Notes: a model not told the origin generated them from the letters alone. 32,000 nucleotides of DNA from Geobacter metallireducens GS-15 (GCF_000012925.1 NC_007517.1:2940001-2972000), one strand, 5' to 3'. Positions 14,899-22,759 are shown, counted from the stretch's first letter. Numbers and translations are program-made.

Positions 14899-15206
14899 CA
14901 CCTACCACAACGACTATCTCATCGATATTACGCAGTTGCGTCCATCAAACCCACAACAACACCCTCGTCGCAAAGCCCCATTCCATCCACCGGCTACCGC
15001 AAATGAGACATCCACATCCAGGGGTAATGGCGCAATAACGTCAGGATGCTGCCCGAATTCTTCCGGGGATCAACTGGCAAATTGCAGCCATGATCCGTGC
15101 AGTTACGCCGCGACGGTTGATAAGCGTAAGGGAGGATATATAATGGAACCTTTATTTTCCAGCAGGCCCTACCCTCCGGTAAGCATCAGCAAAAGGGAGT
15201 TGAACC

Positions 15207-15635
15207 ATGAAAAGATCAGCGGAAGAACGAGCCATCTACATCACTGAATTTGACCAGAGCCGCCTCGAAGAGTTGCTGGACCAGGTCAACACGGAAGATT
15301 CCCGAGACAGCAAGCACCTCAGGGAACTGGAGGACGAGTTGCTGCGCGCCGAAGTCGTTGAACCACAGGACATCCCTGCCGACGTAATAACCATGAACTC
15401 CCGGGTGTGCCTGAAGGATCTGGACAGCGGCGAGGAGTTGCACTATACCCTCGTCTTTCCCGGCGACGCGCGCCTGGAGGATAACCGCATCTCCATCCTG
15501 GCGCCGGTGGGGACGGCGTTGCTCGGCTACCGCGTGGGGGACACCATTACCTGGAAGGTGCCGGGCGGAACGCGCCGGCTGAAGGTGAAAAAAATCCTCT
15601 ACCAGCCGGAAGCGGCGGGGGATTTCCATTTATAG
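15207..15635 (+). CDS. rnk: Regulator of nucleoside diphosphate kinase (Rnk), GreA/GreB C-terminal-domain family
   Basis: 142 aa. VITMNSRVCLKDLDSGEE...ISILAPVGTALLGYRVGDTITWKVPGG...YQPEAAGDFHL aligns closely with E. coli Rnk as I recall it (VVTMNSRV...[24 protein letters not shown]...YQPEAAGDYLL). Confidence 0.85.
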   Translation: MKRSAEERAIYITEFDQSRLEELLDQVNTEDSRDSKHLRELEDELLRAEVVEPQDIPADVITMNSRVCLKDLDSGEELHYTLVFPGDARLEDNRISILAPVGTALLGYRVGDTITWKVPGGTRRLKVKKILYQPEAAGDFHL

Positions 15636-15657
15636 GGATCTGACGGAATCGGCCCAC

Positions 15658-15686
15658 AAAAAAGCCCGCTCTACGCGGGCTTTTCT
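15658..15686. terminator. Bidirectional intrinsic terminator between rnk and lpxC
   Basis: aaaaaagcccgc-tctac-gcgggctttt forms a 9-bp stem with a 5-nt loop, flanked by an A-run and a T-run. Confidence 0.75.
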
Positions 15687-15706
15687 TATGCAACAATCCT
15701 GGTCAC

Positions 15707-16534
15707 TCAATAGATGGCGTAGTTCTCGGGGTCGGAAAAAATCTCCCGCAACAGCAGGTTGTTCAGGTGGTGGCCGGTCTTGTGCGCCTCGACCTTGCCG
15801 AGCATCCGGTAGCCGCAGGTGTAGAGGTCTCCGATAAGGTCCAGGATCTTGTGGTTCACGAGCTCCTGCTTGTAGCGCAGGCCATGGGGATTGACGATGC
15901 TCTCGCCGCCGATCACCACGGCGTTGTCCAGGGATCCCCCCTTGGCCAGCCCCGCCTTGCGGATCGCCTCGATCTCCTCGTGGAGGACAAAGGTGCGGGA
16001 ATTGATGATGGAAACGGCATTCTCCACGTCCATGACCCGCTTGCGCTGCTTCCCCACCGGGGGGCGGAACTCGATGGTCATGGTGATGTCGAGGGTGTTG
16101 AGGGGCTTCACCCGCACCCAGGCATCCTTGAGGGTGGCTTCCACGGGACGGAGGACCTTCAGGTAGACCCCTGCCTCGGGAAACTCGTAGACCCCGGCCC
16201 GCCACATCTCATGGTAGAACTCCCAGGCCGAGCCGTCCATGATCGGCACCTCGGGACCGTCGATGTAGACGAGACAGTTGGTGATGCCCGAGTAATAGAA
16301 GGCGGCCATCAGGTGCTCGATGGTGGCCACCGACGCCCCCTCGGCGGCAATCTGGGTAGAGAGCCGCGTGTCCGCCACCATGTCGTAGCGGGCCGGGATA
16401 AGGCTGCCGCCGAAGACAAAGGCTATCCCGAACTCCCGCCGGGGAAGAAATTCGAGGGTCACGGTCCGCCCCGTGTGGAGGCCTATGCCGCTCAGCTTGA
16501 AGATTCTATTGATGGTCGTCTGTCGTTTGATCAT
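15707..16534 (-). CDS. lpxC: UDP-3-O-acyl-N-acetylglucosamine deacetylase
   Basis: 275 aa. LpxC hallmarks are present: GIGLHTG, TIEHLMAA (the zinc-ligand His region), DGS, and HKILDLIGDL...HKTGH. Confidence 0.9.
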   Translation of the reverse strand: MIKRQTTINRIFKLSGIGLHTGRTVTLEFLPRREFGIAFVFGGSLIPARYDMVADTRLSTQIAAEGASVATIEHLMAAFYYSGITNCLVYIDGPEVPIMDGSAWEFYHEMWRAGVYEFPEAGVYLKVLRPVEATLKDAWVRVKPLNTLDITMTIEFRPPVGKQRKRVMDVENAVSIINSRTFVLHEEIEAIRKAGLAKGGSLDNAVVIGGESIVNPHGLRYKQELVNHKILDLIGDLYTCGYRMLGKVEAHKTGHHLNNLLLREIFSDPENYAIY

Positions 16535-16620
16535 GATTTGCCCATGGGTACCACAAAAGGGACAATGGTGGGAAGAAAAAACCGCAGAAAACCGGCATCG
16601 GTTACGGGTGCCGGATACAC

Positions 16621-16652
16621 GAAAGCCCGGCCGGAAATCCGGTCGGGCTTTC
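16621..16652. terminator. Intrinsic terminator downstream of the PEP-CTERM gene
   Basis: gaaagcccggccgg-aaat-ccggtcgggctttc forms a 14-bp stem with one G-U pair. On either strand the hairpin core is followed by UUUC. A second, weaker hairpin (ccggca...tgccgg) lies at about 16591-16616. Confidence 0.65.
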
Positions 16653-16734
16653 TCTTCAACTGGTGCGAAGCGGGGCTATCTTCTCGCCCGAACTGCACCA
16701 GATATCTGGCAACGTAGTGTCAAACAGCCACTCT

Positions 16735-17451
16735 TTAGCCTCTACGCCTCTTCAGGAGTCCAAGGCCAATGAGGCCAGCACCAACGCACAGAAGCGTGGA
16801 TGGCTCAGGGACCGGCGTGACATTGAGTGTCGGGCCTGCTATGGATGTGTTTTCACTGGACGCGAACGCGTGAACGTAATTTTGTGAATTACTCGGTTGA
16901 TTGGTATTCCTGCGGATGATGAACGTGGCCATATCGTTTGTGTCGCTGTTCAGGAAGTCGATCAGCTCCGGGCTCGTGAAGGAGTGGAGGCCAAGCCCTT
17001 TGCCCGTGAGGCTGAATGTCCCGAGAGAGGCAACCATCATGTTGCTCAGACCGTTGTTGGTCCGATTCGCGGGGGCATTGTTCCAGGTTATGGTGGATTC
17101 CGACCAGGAGTCAAACAGTTCATTGATCAGGCCGAAGACTTCGAATTGGTACGTTGTGCCTGCGAGAGTAGTGCCCGCCCCACTATCGACAAAATTGAAA
17201 TCGAGAGTCGCCGATGCAATGGGATACGGCCCCAGCCCGCTGAGATCAAACCCGAAGTAGCTTTTACGGGTATAAATGGAGTTATCCTGACGTTTAACCT
17301 GATCGACAAGGGCACTCCCAAAATTAGTATTGGCCGAGGTTCCGCTCTGAACGTAGGCATCCTTGTCAGCAGTGATAGAGATTGCCTCGGCGGACGCAAA
17401 TGAAAGGGCGGTGAACAGGCCGGCAGCCAGAAGGCATAAAATGGATTTCAT
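16735..17451 (-). CDS. PEP-CTERM sorting-domain protein with a DNRLRE/CBM96-like central domain
   Basis: Signal peptide MKSILCLLAAGLFTALSFASA. The TITWNNAP motif is present. The C-terminus VPEPSTLLCVGAGLIGLGLLKRRRG has the PEP motif, a TM helix and a basic tail. GAGG RBS. GC content is visibly lower than in the neighbouring genes. Confidence 0.85.
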   Translation of the reverse strand: MKSILCLLAAGLFTALSFASAEAISITADKDAYVQSGTSANTNFGSALVDQVKRQDNSIYTRKSYFGFDLSGLGPYPIASATLDFNFVDSGAGTTLAGTTYQFEVFGLINELFDSWSESTITWNNAPANRTNNGLSNMMVASLGTFSLTGKGLGLHSFTSPELIDFLNSDTNDMATFIIRRNTNQPSNSQNYVHAFASSENTSIAGPTLNVTPVPEPSTLLCVGAGLIGLGLLKRRRG

Positions 17452-17494
17452 AGGGTTACCTCAGCGGAGAATTGGGGTATTTTGTCCATGCATT

Positions 17495-17510
17495 TGCATG
17501 AAATGTGCCT
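17495..17510 (-). promoter_or_regulatory. Sigma-54 (-24/-12) promoter candidate upstream of the PEP-CTERM gene
   Basis: The minus strand reads AGGCACATTTCATGCA, with GG and GC correctly spaced and good GGCAC and TGCA cores. It lies about 45 nt upstream of ATG 17451 and overlaps the palindrome CATGCA-TT-TGCATG (17487-17500). Confidence 0.45.
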
Positions 17511-17710
17511 CCGCATAACCTACTAATATCATGACTGGTCATCGCTGGCTGGCGCCGAAGGCCCGGAAACATTGTAAAATTTTTCGACAAAGTGTTCGTT
17601 TTTCCTACAGTACGCGAGCCGAAGCGACTGTATGTATTATTTGAAGAGATTACCCTGCCGTTGACGGCATCCCGATTTGCACTACACTTCACGTTACAGG
17701 AGGAGTGGCC

Positions 17711-18418
17711 ATGTCCGAAGCCGGCAGCACGGTACCATTTGATTTTTCGTCGTATGGCGGGGAAATTGACGACCTCGCGACACGGGGCTTGGCCGACGCT
17801 GCGGGTGCGGAGGGTATCCGGACCGCCATGGCCCGGGTGACCGGACGGGCAGAGGAGGTGCAGGCCTCCCGGCTGTCCGCAAACGAGCAGAACCTCATTG
17901 CCTGCGGACCGGGCTGCGCCGACTGCTGCAGGGTGAATGTGACGGTGCTCCTCCCCGAGGCCATCGCCATTGCGGCTTACCTTGAAGAGATTGGCAAGGG
18001 TGATGAGACCAACGCCATAACGATGCGGGTCGCCGACACGGCCGCCCGGGTGCGCTGGATGGAAGACGACGAGCGGATTCGGGCCGGCGTGGCCTGTCCC
18101 TTCCTCGACGGGCGTGGATGGTGCGCCATATACCCGGTGCGTCCCCTCACCTGTCGGGCACTTTCATCCACCGATCCGGAACAGTGCCGCCGCGCCCTCG
18201 CAGCCCACTGCTCCGACGAGGAGGAAACGATTGTGGTCAACATCTTCCAGAAGTTTCTGATGGAAGGAACCTTCCAGTCCCTCGCAAGGGCGATGGAACG
18301 GGCCGGCCTCGACACCACCGGCCGCGAACTCTGCCGGTCGGTGACCAGATGCCTCTTGGATCCGCGCCTTGCGGACGATTTTCTTGCCGGGAAACGCATC
18401 AAATTCCCTGAATCGTAG
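17711..18418 (+). CDS. YkgJ-family (UPF0153) Cys-cluster zinc/iron-chelating domain protein
   Basis: The track begins at GTG 17705. ATG 17711 lies 6 nt after GGAGGA. Contains the CGPGCADCC cluster plus CPFLDGRGWCAIYPVRPLTCR, typical for this family. Confidence 0.75.
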   Translation: MSEAGSTVPFDFSSYGGEIDDLATRGLADAAGAEGIRTAMARVTGRAEEVQASRLSANEQNLIACGPGCADCCRVNVTVLLPEAIAIAAYLEEIGKGDETNAITMRVADTAARVRWMEDDERIRAGVACPFLDGRGWCAIYPVRPLTCRALSSTDPEQCRRALAAHCSDEEETIVVNIFQKFLMEGTFQSLARAMERAGLDTTGRELCRSVTRCLLDPRLADDFLAGKRIKFPES

Positions 18419-18428
18419 TTTCATCATG

Positions 18429-18457
18429 AAAAAACCCCGACGTGTTCCGTCGGGGTT
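18429..18457. terminator. Intrinsic terminator (strong for the minus-strand sigma operon; also follows the plus-strand gene)
   Basis: aaaaaaccccgacg-tgttc-cgtcggggtt forms an 8-bp GC-rich stem. T6 follows the stem on the minus strand. Confidence 0.75.
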
Positions 18458-18468
18458 ATCTCTTAAAT

Positions 18469-18957
18469 CTATGGTTGTTTCAGATAATCCTTTCTCTGTT
18501 CCGGGGTCATGGCCCGGTAGCGGTCCCGGAGTTCACGGCGCTCTTCGCGGCTCAGGCCCCGCCACTTCTCGCGCAGTGCCGCCCGCTCCTCGGGAGGCAG
18601 CTCCCTGAACCAGCGGTATCTCTGCCGGATCCGCTCCTGTTCGGCGGGGGGGAGCTTACTGAACTCGTCGAACCGTTTTCTGATCCGTTCCCTTTCCTCC
18701 CGTGGCAACTCACGCCACTTTCGGGACCGTTCCCGGGCCTGCTCCCGCTCCTCCGGCGTCATGGTCCGCCACCGTTCGGCACCCCGGCGAAGCCTCTCCT
18801 GCCGCTCCGGAGGAAGCGACTCCCATCGCCCCTCAAAAGGTTTCAGGACCTGCCGCTCATCCGGGGTGAGCCGCTCCCAGGGGGCGGCCGCGGCCTCTCC
18901 CAGAAGGGCCGCCATCAGCAGACCCGCGGCGGCAACCACTCCTATCCTCTTCCTCAT
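18469..18957 (-). CDS. Periplasmic repeat protein (DUF3106-like)
   Basis: ATG 18957 follows a GGAG RBS. Signal peptide MRKRIGVVAAAGLLMAALLGEAAA. The mature part is built from reiterated W/F-x-x-L-(P/T)-P-E-E-R-x-x-x-R units (LPPERQERLRR, MTPEEREQARER, LPREERERIRKR, LPPAEQERIRQR, LPPEERAALREK, LSREERRELRDR, MTPEQRKDY). Confidence 0.75.
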   Translation of the reverse strand: MRKRIGVVAAAGLLMAALLGEAAAAPWERLTPDERQVLKPFEGRWESLPPERQERLRRGAERWRTMTPEEREQARERSRKWRELPREERERIRKRFDEFSKLPPAEQERIRQRYRWFRELPPEERAALREKWRGLSREERRELRDRYRAMTPEQRKDYLKQP

Positions 18958-18967
18958 CGCCCGCTCC

Positions 18968-19327
18968 TTACCCGCCGTTCTCCTGGGCCGCCAGCCAGCG
19001 GTAGAATTCGATATCTTCATAAAACTGCATCTGCTCCTGGGCGGCAACAATTTCGATATCGTCGGCGGTGGCAACGGTACTTTCCCGCCGGGGGCCGGTC
19101 ATCCAGAGGCTTACGGCCAGGACAGCAACGGCAGCCGTGGCAAGCCCTCCCACCGCGATCCAGCGGGGGAAGCGAAACCACCCCATCTTCCGTTCTGCCG
19201 ACTCGACGGCCTGCAACCGTATGGTCCGGAGACGGGCGGCCGTCCGGTCATCCAGGGCGTCCGCACGTGCGTCAAGATGTTCTTTAACCATTGCCGCCAG
19301 CCGCTCGTTACGTCCTTCAGGGCTCAT
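18968..19327 (-). CDS. Single-pass membrane protein, probable anti-sigma factor (DUF3619-like)
   Basis: 119 aa. ATGA overlap with the sigma-factor stop. One TM helix (WIAVGGLATAAVAVLAVSLW). Its position between the ECF sigma gene and the DUF3106-like gene matches the architecture I recall. Confidence 0.6.
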   Translation of the reverse strand: MSPEGRNERLAAMVKEHLDARADALDDRTAARLRTIRLQAVESAERKMGWFRFPRWIAVGGLATAAVAVLAVSLWMTGPRRESTVATADDIEIVAAQEQMQFYEDIEFYRWLAAQENGG

Positions 19328-19884
19328 GGTGCGTACTCCTCAAGATAGTCGCGCAACGTATGGACCGCGCGCGAATAATGGGTCTTCACGCTTCCCTCCG
19401 AACATCCCATGGCAAAGGCCGTCTGGGCCGTGTCAAGCCCTTCCCAGGCCCGCAGAAGGAAGGCCTGCCGCTGCCGGAGAGGAAGCCGGCGGACCGCCGA
19501 CTCGATGGCTTCGCCCAAATCGTGCCGCTGGAGGCTCGCCAAAGGATCGGGAGAGGAGAGATCAGCCACGTTTTCCAGGGGATCACTCTCCTCCTCGCTC
19601 TCTCCCCCCAAAAACCATGCACGGAAACGGTTCCTGACCCCCGTGCGGCGGTGCCAGTCAACGATGCGGTTCTGGAGGGTCCGGTGGAACAGCGGCGCCC
19701 ACTCCCCCTCGGGCTTGCCGGCATAGCGGTTCACGAAGGCAAGCATGGCATCATGCACCAAGTCGAGGGCCTCGTCATCGTCCGATGTGGCAAGTCGAGC
19801 CATGCGGAAGGCCCGTCGCTCAATCCCCGCCAGAAATCGGTTTAATATCTCAGTGGAGTCCAGCCGCTCCTCCTTGATTCTCAT
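19324..19884 (-). CDS. ECF-type RNA polymerase sigma-70 family factor (RpoE-like)
   Basis: 186 aa. Region 2 (ALDLVHDAMLAFVNRY...WLFHRTLQNRIVDWHRR) and the region 4 HTH (LPLRQRQAFLLRAWEGLDTAQTAFAMGCSEGSVKTHYSRAVHTLR) are both present. Confidence 0.9.
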   Translation of the reverse strand: MRIKEERLDSTEILNRFLAGIERRAFRMARLATSDDDEALDLVHDAMLAFVNRYAGKPEGEWAPLFHRTLQNRIVDWHRRTGVRNRFRAWFLGGESEEESDPLENVADLSSPDPLASLQRHDLGEAIESAVRRLPLRQRQAFLLRAWEGLDTAQTAFAMGCSEGSVKTHYSRAVHTLRDYLEEYAP

Positions 19885-20019
19885 CGCCTTATACTAATCA
19901 AAAACGCACGAATGTTAAAGGAGTTGACATCACATCAAACGCAGAGGGGTCCATTGACTTTAAGATGCCAGGATTTAAACTTTTCAATGTTCACAACCCA
20001 CATGGATCAGGGAGGAATC

Positions 20020-20505
20020 ATGAACAGGAGAACTTTCTTGAAGACGGCGGCCCTTGGGGCCGTGGCTGCCGGCATTACCCGCGAGGCCGCAGCTGCCGCG
20101 GAAAAGTACTTTCCCGTCAAGGCCGACCAGAGCCTCTTCGCCACCATCAACCGTGCCAAGGACCCGGCAAAGAAAACTCCCTTGGAGCAGAAGCACGCAC
20201 CGGTCATCAAGGCGCCGCACGCGGTGAAAGCAGGTGAACCGTTCACCGTGGAGGTTACGGTGGGTGAGCAGGTCCACCCCATGGGACCGACCCACTGGAT
20301 CGAGTATATCGAGTTGAATGTGGGAAACGAGCCCGCCGGACGGATCGCGATGCAACCCCGCGGCTTCCTGCATCCGAAGGTGACCTTCACTGTTGTTATC
20401 CCGAAGGAGGCGGCACCCGCCGGCAAGATCACCCTCGTGGCCCATCAGCGCTGCAACCTCCACGGCTACTGGGAAGGAAGCCTCGATGTGGCCGTGACCG
20501 GCTGA
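20020..20505 (+). CDS. Tat-signal superoxide reductase (neelaredoxin/desulfoferrodoxin centre-II domain)
   Basis: GGGAGG RBS and ATG at 20020. Twin-arginine signal MNRRTFLKTAALGAVAAG. The SOR iron ligands are present: EQKHAP, VHPMGPTHWIEY and CNLHGYW. Confidence 0.85.
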   Translation: MNRRTFLKTAALGAVAAGITREAAAAAEKYFPVKADQSLFATINRAKDPAKKTPLEQKHAPVIKAPHAVKAGEPFTVEVTVGEQVHPMGPTHWIEYIELNVGNEPAGRIAMQPRGFLHPKVTFTVVIPKEAAPAGKITLVAHQRCNLHGYWEGSLDVAVTG

Positions 20506-20557
20506 TTGGAGCCAATCGCCAACGCCCGGCGTAACCCGCAAGGAAGTGAGATGACCT

Positions 20558-21349
20558 ATGCAGACCGATGGCAATTTTTTTGTGAAACTTGTGGGGATGT
20601 CCACGTTCCTGGAACAGCAGGAGAACCTCGACGAGAGCCTCAACGATTTCGCCGCCATGGCCGCGAATATCGTCAACGTGGAGAACTGCTCCATCATGCT
20701 CTTCCGGGAGGGGGACAAGCCGGGGGACTTCCGCCTGCGGGTCTTCGCCAAGACCGGCCATCTCCCTGAAAATGCCTTCCGCGAGGCGGTGAAGGTGAAC
20801 GACGGCATCGCCGGTCGGGTGGCGGCCACGGGACAGGCCCTCCTCGTGGAGGACATCACCCGCTCCCCCTACCTCCCCCTTGCCCGGACGCCGGAGGGGA
20901 CCAGCAAGTGCTTCATTTCGGTGCCGGTCCTGATCGGCACCAAGGTTGTAGGTGTCATCAACCTGACCAACCCGCGGGATGGCCGCTGCTTCACCGACGA
21001 TGACCTGGCCCTTACCACCTTCGTGGCGCTCCTGGTGGGAAAATCGATCCAGGTGGTCCAGCTCCAGAACGTGCTCCGTTCGCGCTTCGCCCAGATGGCC
21101 ATCTCCCGGGAGACCAAGAGCCTCGTGGCAAGCAAGGTGACCGAGTTTTACCAGGACCCGGCGCGGCTCGCGCGGATCGCGGCCAAGACTTTCTATCGGG
21201 AGATGACCCGGGCCGGCCTCGGCGCGGAGCACATCCTCAATGCAGCCACGGAGATCGTGGGGCTGCTGGGCGACAACCTGAAGAAGCACAAGAAGCGTTT
21301 GACGGATACGCAGGCTACGGCCCCCCAGGAGCAGATCATTGGAGTGTAG
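20558..21349 (+). CDS. GAF-domain protein with an uncharacterised helical C-terminal region
   Basis: 263 aa. The GAF-like core is CSIMLF...GIAGRVAATGQALLVEDI...SVPVLIGTKVVGVINLTN. No output domain recognised. Confidence 0.75.
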   Translation: MQTDGNFFVKLVGMSTFLEQQENLDESLNDFAAMAANIVNVENCSIMLFREGDKPGDFRLRVFAKTGHLPENAFREAVKVNDGIAGRVAATGQALLVEDITRSPYLPLARTPEGTSKCFISVPVLIGTKVVGVINLTNPRDGRCFTDDDLALTTFVALLVGKSIQVVQLQNVLRSRFAQMAISRETKSLVASKVTEFYQDPARLARIAAKTFYREMTRAGLGAEHILNAATEIVGLLGDNLKKHKKRLTDTQATAPQEQIIGV

Positions 21350-21358
21350 CCCCCCGGA

Positions 21359-21637
21359 TCACTCAACCGTTGCGCGCGGGGCATTGCAGTACTTGCACGA
21401 AGCCTCCTGCCATTTGAGATACTCGCCGCAGGAGCGGCACTTCCAGAACTTCCCTTCCACCTCGCGCAGGGGCTTGTGGAAGTAGATGACCAGAAGGAAG
21501 ATGGGAAAGACGGCGCAGAGGATGCTCCACCCCACGAAATTCCTCGCCCGGTTGGCGGCAAGGATGCCGCCGGCCACCCCCGGCACGACGATAACGAGCA
21601 GAAACGCCAGGTATGCCGGTTTCACGAATTCGGCCAT
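21359..21637 (-). CDS. Small two-TM membrane protein with a C-terminal zinc-ribbon (CxxC...CxxC)
   Basis: GGGAGG RBS, 92 aa. Two hydrophobic helices are followed by KCRSCGEYLKWQEASCKYCNAP. Confidence 0.6.
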   Translation of the reverse strand: MAEFVKPAYLAFLLVIVVPGVAGGILAANRARNFVGWSILCAVFPIFLLVIYFHKPLREVEGKFWKCRSCGEYLKWQEASCKYCNAPRATVE

Positions 21638-21940
21638 TGGTCAGCCTCCCTTTGGAGTCCATCTTTTTTCGTCAGTATAACAGAAGAGAGCGTCTGCGCC
21701 CTCCCCCTGCGATGCAATTCCAAGCTGTCAGCACATCGCAAGCTGTCAGGAATTAATTGACTTGATCGCTTGCGGCCGAAACTGTCGACGCTATACTTCC
21801 TCCGGCAGGCAATTCCACTCGACATTTAACTACCAGCATGCTCAAGGATGAGCGTATTGCGCCAGGGATGGCGTACTCAACCTTCCCACCGCCGCTCATT
21901 CGGCTGAGCGCAATCCCCTCTTCAGGAGAGCATACAGACC

Positions 21941-22471
21941 ATGAACACCCCCCATTCCGTCGAAACAAAGGAACTGCCCCCACCCCGACGGCATCACCGG
22001 AAGATCCCCGTCCTCGCAATCCTGATGATCATGGCACTCCCCGCAGCCGGCTTCGGCGACAGACCGGCATACGCCGACAGCTGCGCCGACGTCGTCCACC
22101 AGGTGAACCGGCAGCTCAGACCCACGATCGACGAAGGGGAACTGGCCGCCATGCTCCAGAGCCTCAACGGAAGCAACAACAGGAACCTTCCCCCGAAATT
22201 CGTGACCAAGGCCCAGGCGAAAAAGATGGGATGGAGACCGGGAAGAGACCTCTGGGCCTCCACTAGGCTCAAAGGGAAGAGCATTGGGGGCGACCGGTTT
22301 GCCAACAGGGAGGGGCGGCTGCCGGCCGGCGGCAAGAAATGGCATGAGGCTGACCTGGACTACCAGGGGGGGCACCGGGGGGCGAAGCGCCTGATTTACT
22401 CAAATGACGGCCTGAGGATGGTGACGGTTGACCATTATCGCACCTTCACGGAGGTCCCCCCATGCCAGTAA
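21941..22471 (+). CDS. Secreted barnase-family (N1/T1-type) guanyl-specific ribonuclease
   Basis: An N-terminal signal/anchor (IPVLAILMIMALPAAGFGDRPAYA) precedes FANREGRLPAGGKKWHEADLDYQGGHRGAKRLIYSNDGLRMVTVDHYRTFTEV. This aligns with barnase FSNREGKLPGKSGRTWREADINYTSGFRNSDRILYSSDWLIYKTTDHYQTFTKI, and the equivalents of catalytic Glu73, Arg83/87 and His102 are present. Confidence 0.85.
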   Translation: MNTPHSVETKELPPPRRHHRKIPVLAILMIMALPAAGFGDRPAYADSCADVVHQVNRQLRPTIDEGELAAMLQSLNGSNNRNLPPKFVTKAQAKKMGWRPGRDLWASTRLKGKSIGGDRFANREGRLPAGGKKWHEADLDYQGGHRGAKRLIYSNDGLRMVTVDHYRTFTEVPPCQ

Positions 22472-22749
22472 AGCGAGTGAAGCACTGCACCATTTCTGGC
22501 CGGGCTGTCCACTCCCTTGACGAGCTGTACGACGAGATCGCCCGCCAGCTTCCCCTTCCCGATTACTTCGGCCGCAACCTCGATGCCCTCTGGGACGTCC
22601 TCTCCACGGACATCGAGGGGCCGGTGGAGCTCATCTGGGAGGATAGCGAACACTCGAAGCGCTCGATGGGAAAGGACTACGAACGGGTCGTTGCCCTTCT
22701 CAAGGACCTGACGGAGGAGCGGGAGGATTTCCGGATCGTGTTCCGGTAA
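22462..22749 (+). CDS. Barstar-family ribonuclease inhibitor
   Basis: 95 aa. Overlaps the RNase gene by 10 nt. LPLPDYFGRNLDALWDVLS matches barstar LALPEYYGENLDALWDCLT, including the inhibitory Asp. Confidence 0.85.
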   Translation: MPVKRVKHCTISGRAVHSLDELYDEIARQLPLPDYFGRNLDALWDVLSTDIEGPVELIWEDSEHSKRSMGKDYERVVALLKDLTEEREDFRIVFR

Positions 22750-22759
22750 AACGCCCCTG

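Noticed and set aside
14940-15000. GEMM-I (c-di-GMP/cGAMP) riboswitch-like string CAAACC...GTCGCAAAGCC
   Set aside because: The intervening sequence cannot form the P1 hairpin with a GNRA loop, and no second stem is evident. This is only a superficial primary-sequence resemblance.
15079-15093. TGGCAAATTGCAGC upstream of rnk as a sigma-54 promoter
   Set aside because: The GG/GC spacing is one nucleotide too short, and the -24 box is poor.
15767-16717. 316-aa plus-strand ORF
   Set aside because: It is antisense to lpxC and has no motifs.
19885-20019. ECF-type or sigma-70 promoters in the sigma/SOR divergent region (TTGACA at about 19923, TTGACT at about 19948)
   Set aside because: The -35-like hexamers lack acceptable -10 partners at 16-18 nt. 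No GGAAC-N16-CGT-type match was convincing.
19984-21289. Minus-strand ORFs of 291 and 286 aa
   Set aside because: They are antisense to the SOR and GAF genes, with low-complexity Arg/Gly-rich translations.
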